From Auanema rhodensis (taxonomy: Eukaryota > Animalia > Nematoda), in NCBI GenBank assembly GCA_964057225.1, contig OZ059899.1, positions 5,332,001 to 5,396,000 on the forward strand: DNA of 64,000 bases, written 5' to 3'. The position numbers and the translations under genes were made by a program. This document shows, one piece after another, positions 60,998-64,000 of the stretch. The notes under the pieces are model-generated. The model was not told the origin of the DNA and searched no databases. It worked only from the letters and a program-made list of their open reading frames with translations. How positions within the stretch are numbered: the stretch's first letter is position 1; each line of letters starts with the position of its first letter.

Positions 60998-63900
60998 TTA
61001 ACGGGGAATTAGATGTATTTGAGGTAAAGGGTGTGTCGAATTCATGGTTTCGAATGGCTTTCGGAAGAAAAAAAAAACAAACGTTTGAGATCGAGATGAT
61101 TATTCGAGCAATAGAAAATGCATTACATAAAGATATACTGAAAAAAAACTTATTTAAGAATAACAATGTTATATAAGAACTTAACTTAACTTAAAATTGT
61201 TTATTATTGATTTTATAATTATTTGAATTAAAAATTTCCATCTTTTTTTAAAAATTTAATTGATTTACAATTATAGTAACTCAAAAAGATCAATTTTTTT
61301 CGTTTTTTCAGTACACGTTTTGTTTCTTTCAACGTCATCGTCAACGATGTTAGGAAGGTTCGTGTCGCTGTCTTCGCTAGTGATAGAAAGATCGACACGA
61401 GTATGAGATGTTTCTCTCTCTCCTCGTCTTTTCCGTACTGCCCCTTTACCCAACCCTTTGCGACCCTCTATGACTGCAACCACGCCCTACTTCAATCCTA
61501 CTCATGGTATTAATCTCTCTCTATCTCCTTCTCTTTCTTCCCCTCTCAATCATTATAGAACTCTTTATTTCTTTTTTTGTCTCTTATTTGAAAGCTTTGT
61601 CTCTCTCTTTCTTTAGTTATTTCTAATTTTCTTACAATTTTCCTATTATGATCGAATTAAACTGTTTCACAAAACAAATCCATATTTGCTCTTCTGAATG
61701 CAAATGGTAATATTTCTCTTTTTCAAATTCTAATTTTCTGGGAAAAGCTTTAAATCATCTTTCTTATTCTTTGTATTCTATCTATCTATCTGATATTCTT
61801 AACTCATTTTTATTCTTTTTTTTTCCAATATTTGAATATCCTTTTCATTTCATATTTAGGTATTTCTTATTTTTCTCATTATATTCTTGTTGTTCATCAT
61901 TTTTTTAAACTTGGCCACTATTGATTGATTTGTCGTCAAGTTCAGTTAAACTGTTGACGTGATCGTAATGACGACTGTCTTGAAAACCTCATTGAACGTT
62001 CTCTACTCCATAACCGTGATAGTAGAACTTACAGAATTATATTGTCTGGTGTCATTCTTCTTCTTACATGACTATTCTTATATAGATTGCCTGGCCTTCA
62101 TTCATGTATATATTCGTGTATCTTCAGCGTAATAATGGCATTGCCTCAGGCACCTGTATTACTTGATCTTTTTTTGCTTTTCATTTTCCTCCTTATCTTG
62201 CGATTCCGTTTGGAGTTTTCTCATTATCACCTCATGGCCTCATTCGTGTTCATCACAGAGCTTTTTGAGCCAGTTTTACCTCAAATCTTTCTCAAATCAC
62301 TGCCAGACTATTGCTGAATGTGCTAACTACGTCTTTCTGGATTATCTATCTCCTCATTATCCTTGCTTTTCTTTCGTTTTCTCTTTTCCGTTCAATCTAT
62401 ATCACCTGATACATTTGCTTCTAAACAGTCGTCAAGTAGGTCTGATTACGAGATATCAGAAAAACCGAACGCAAACTTCCAAAATCTCTGAATCTTCATC
62501 AACTTGTGAAGGCGCTGTAACGTAATAAATATGTTTTTTCATTACTTTATAAAACAATTAATCATGATCATTTTTGTTTTCATATAAAGTAAAAAAAGCC
62601 ACACATACAATAAGAATAAATGTGATATGGTTCATAAATTGTCTTCAATATTTGACAGCTGTTGGTGATCTTGAGGGTCAAGTTCAAGCCAGCTGTTCTT
62701 GTATTTTCAAAAACTTTTCTCATCGTTCGGCACTTTGCGTCGAAAGAGGAAGAGAAAAGCCGGGAAGATATCCTCACTAGTACATATGCGGCTTCAACTT
62801 CGTTGTCATTGTTGGACACATCATATGATATATCTCATTTCATCCATCACAATCAGTGAAGTAACGATCAAACATTTAGATAATAATTATATTATTAGTT
62901 AGATAAAGGTGAAATTCTTGTTAATATTGTCTAAATTTTCATCTTAATATCTTAGAATATTAATAACGACATTTGAATTGTCATAGTGTTATGTTTGAAT
63001 GAATATCAGAACTTATGATTAAAACTTATTTAGTTTAATCAAAAAATTTAGAAATGAGAAATGAATTTAACAGTTCATTTTCTCATTTATCGATAAATAA
63101 ATATTTCCTGTCCCGGTTTCCTCTGCCATGTGACTGACAACACTTCTAACAGTGTTGATCAATCATGCCTAATGATTCATGGTGCTTGTGGATAATTCTT
63201 GAAATTTTGCGTACAAATAAACGACGTACTTGGATGTGATAGACTAAAACCATTTTTTTTATTCTCACCTTCAACTTAAATCTTTATTAAAACCTGTATA
63301 GAATTCAATCTATATGTTTTGATATGTGTGATTGTTGTGAAAACATGAATTTCTTTAATATGATATGATAATCATATTTGAATAGCAACAATGTTTTATT
63401 TGGTTAAAAATTAAAATTTTAAATACATATAATGTGTTAATTTAATATATTATATATATTTATAATTATAAATAATATGAGTAAAAAAATTAAAAAAATT
63501 ATATAAGAACAACCGGTCTATTTAAAAATTTATTTCAAAAATGAATAAATCAGTTTACTCATCAGGTCATATGTTAACTGTTTTTCTTTGTTAGTCATTA
63601 AATGAAAACAATTATTTTTAAATAAAAATAATACTGTTTAATATTGCTACATATGTATATAAACTAATTTATATATATATATATATATATTATTTTTAAA
63701 TAATAATTGAATATACATGTGTACATGTTTCATTGATGTTAGTGTTTTCAGTTATCAATCATTCAACTAACCAAGTTTGTTTTACGTATTAGTTATACAT
63801 GGCCTCATCAAAAGATATCGTCTTCATCGTCGTCCGGCAATGTCATCAACCCATCATTACAAATGTTCGTTTACCTTATTAGGAACCTGATTGGGAGACT

Positions 63901-64000
63901 ATCTTGAGGCGTGCACAACCATCGTTTCGTCTTTTCCTTCTCTCGCTCCGACCCTCTCATACGTATTCTTCCTTGTCTACTATAACCCGTACTTTTTCAC

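Noticed and set aside
62087-62902. Overlapping 65-120 aa ORFs on both strands
   Set aside because: No recognisable domain or coherent exon chain, though a divergent exon cannot be fully excluded.
63052-63088. AT-rich inverted repeat AAATGAGAAATGAA...TTCATTTTCTCATTT
   Set aside because: Low complexity; plausible by chance at this base composition.
1-64000. CRISPR arrays, transposase/RT genes, rRNA, snRNA/SL RNA genes, non-standard genetic code
   Set aside because: None seen; all gene models translate with the standard code and can be built with GT-AG introns.

Overview
AT-rich, intron-dense eukaryotic DNA, most consistent with a rhabditid-type nematode: ~45-60 nt GT-AG introns, operon-like spacing, a nematode-type tRNA-Trp and nematode-specific gene families. 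The ORF track is mostly uninformative because genes are fragmented by introns, so all gene models below were spliced by hand. The window has three compartments. (1) 1-34 kb is a gene-sparse, (CT/GA)n-rich 'developmental' domain holding an Abd-B-class posterior Hox gene (php-3-like), an unorthodox aquaporin (aqp-11-like) and a DmsR/srw-type neuropeptide GPCR. (2) 34-58 kb is a compact, microsatellite-free housekeeping/germline cluster: BTB protein, rsu-1, a USP deubiquitinase with a nested OTU domain (duo family), dog-1/FANCJ, SMIM14, pph-6, mitochondrial GrpE, TFIIH p44, rom-1 rhomboid, an Nnf1/PMF1-like kinetochore subunit, tRNA-Trp and a secreted LDLa/EGF protein. (3) 58-64 kb is again non-coding and GA-rich. 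The best leads are the dual USP+OTU enzyme in a putative E2F-driven dog-1/duo/rsu-1 operon, several strand-asymmetric RNA-structure candidates (27.4 kb, rsu-1 3'UTR, Hox intron), Hox/PBC and Cdx/Abd-B site clusters in the php-3 intron, and the sharp GA-repeat compartment boundaries. Orthology and synteny calls rely on recalled C. elegans sequences and need database confirmation. I did not find a clearly undescribed system that the sequence alone can establish.
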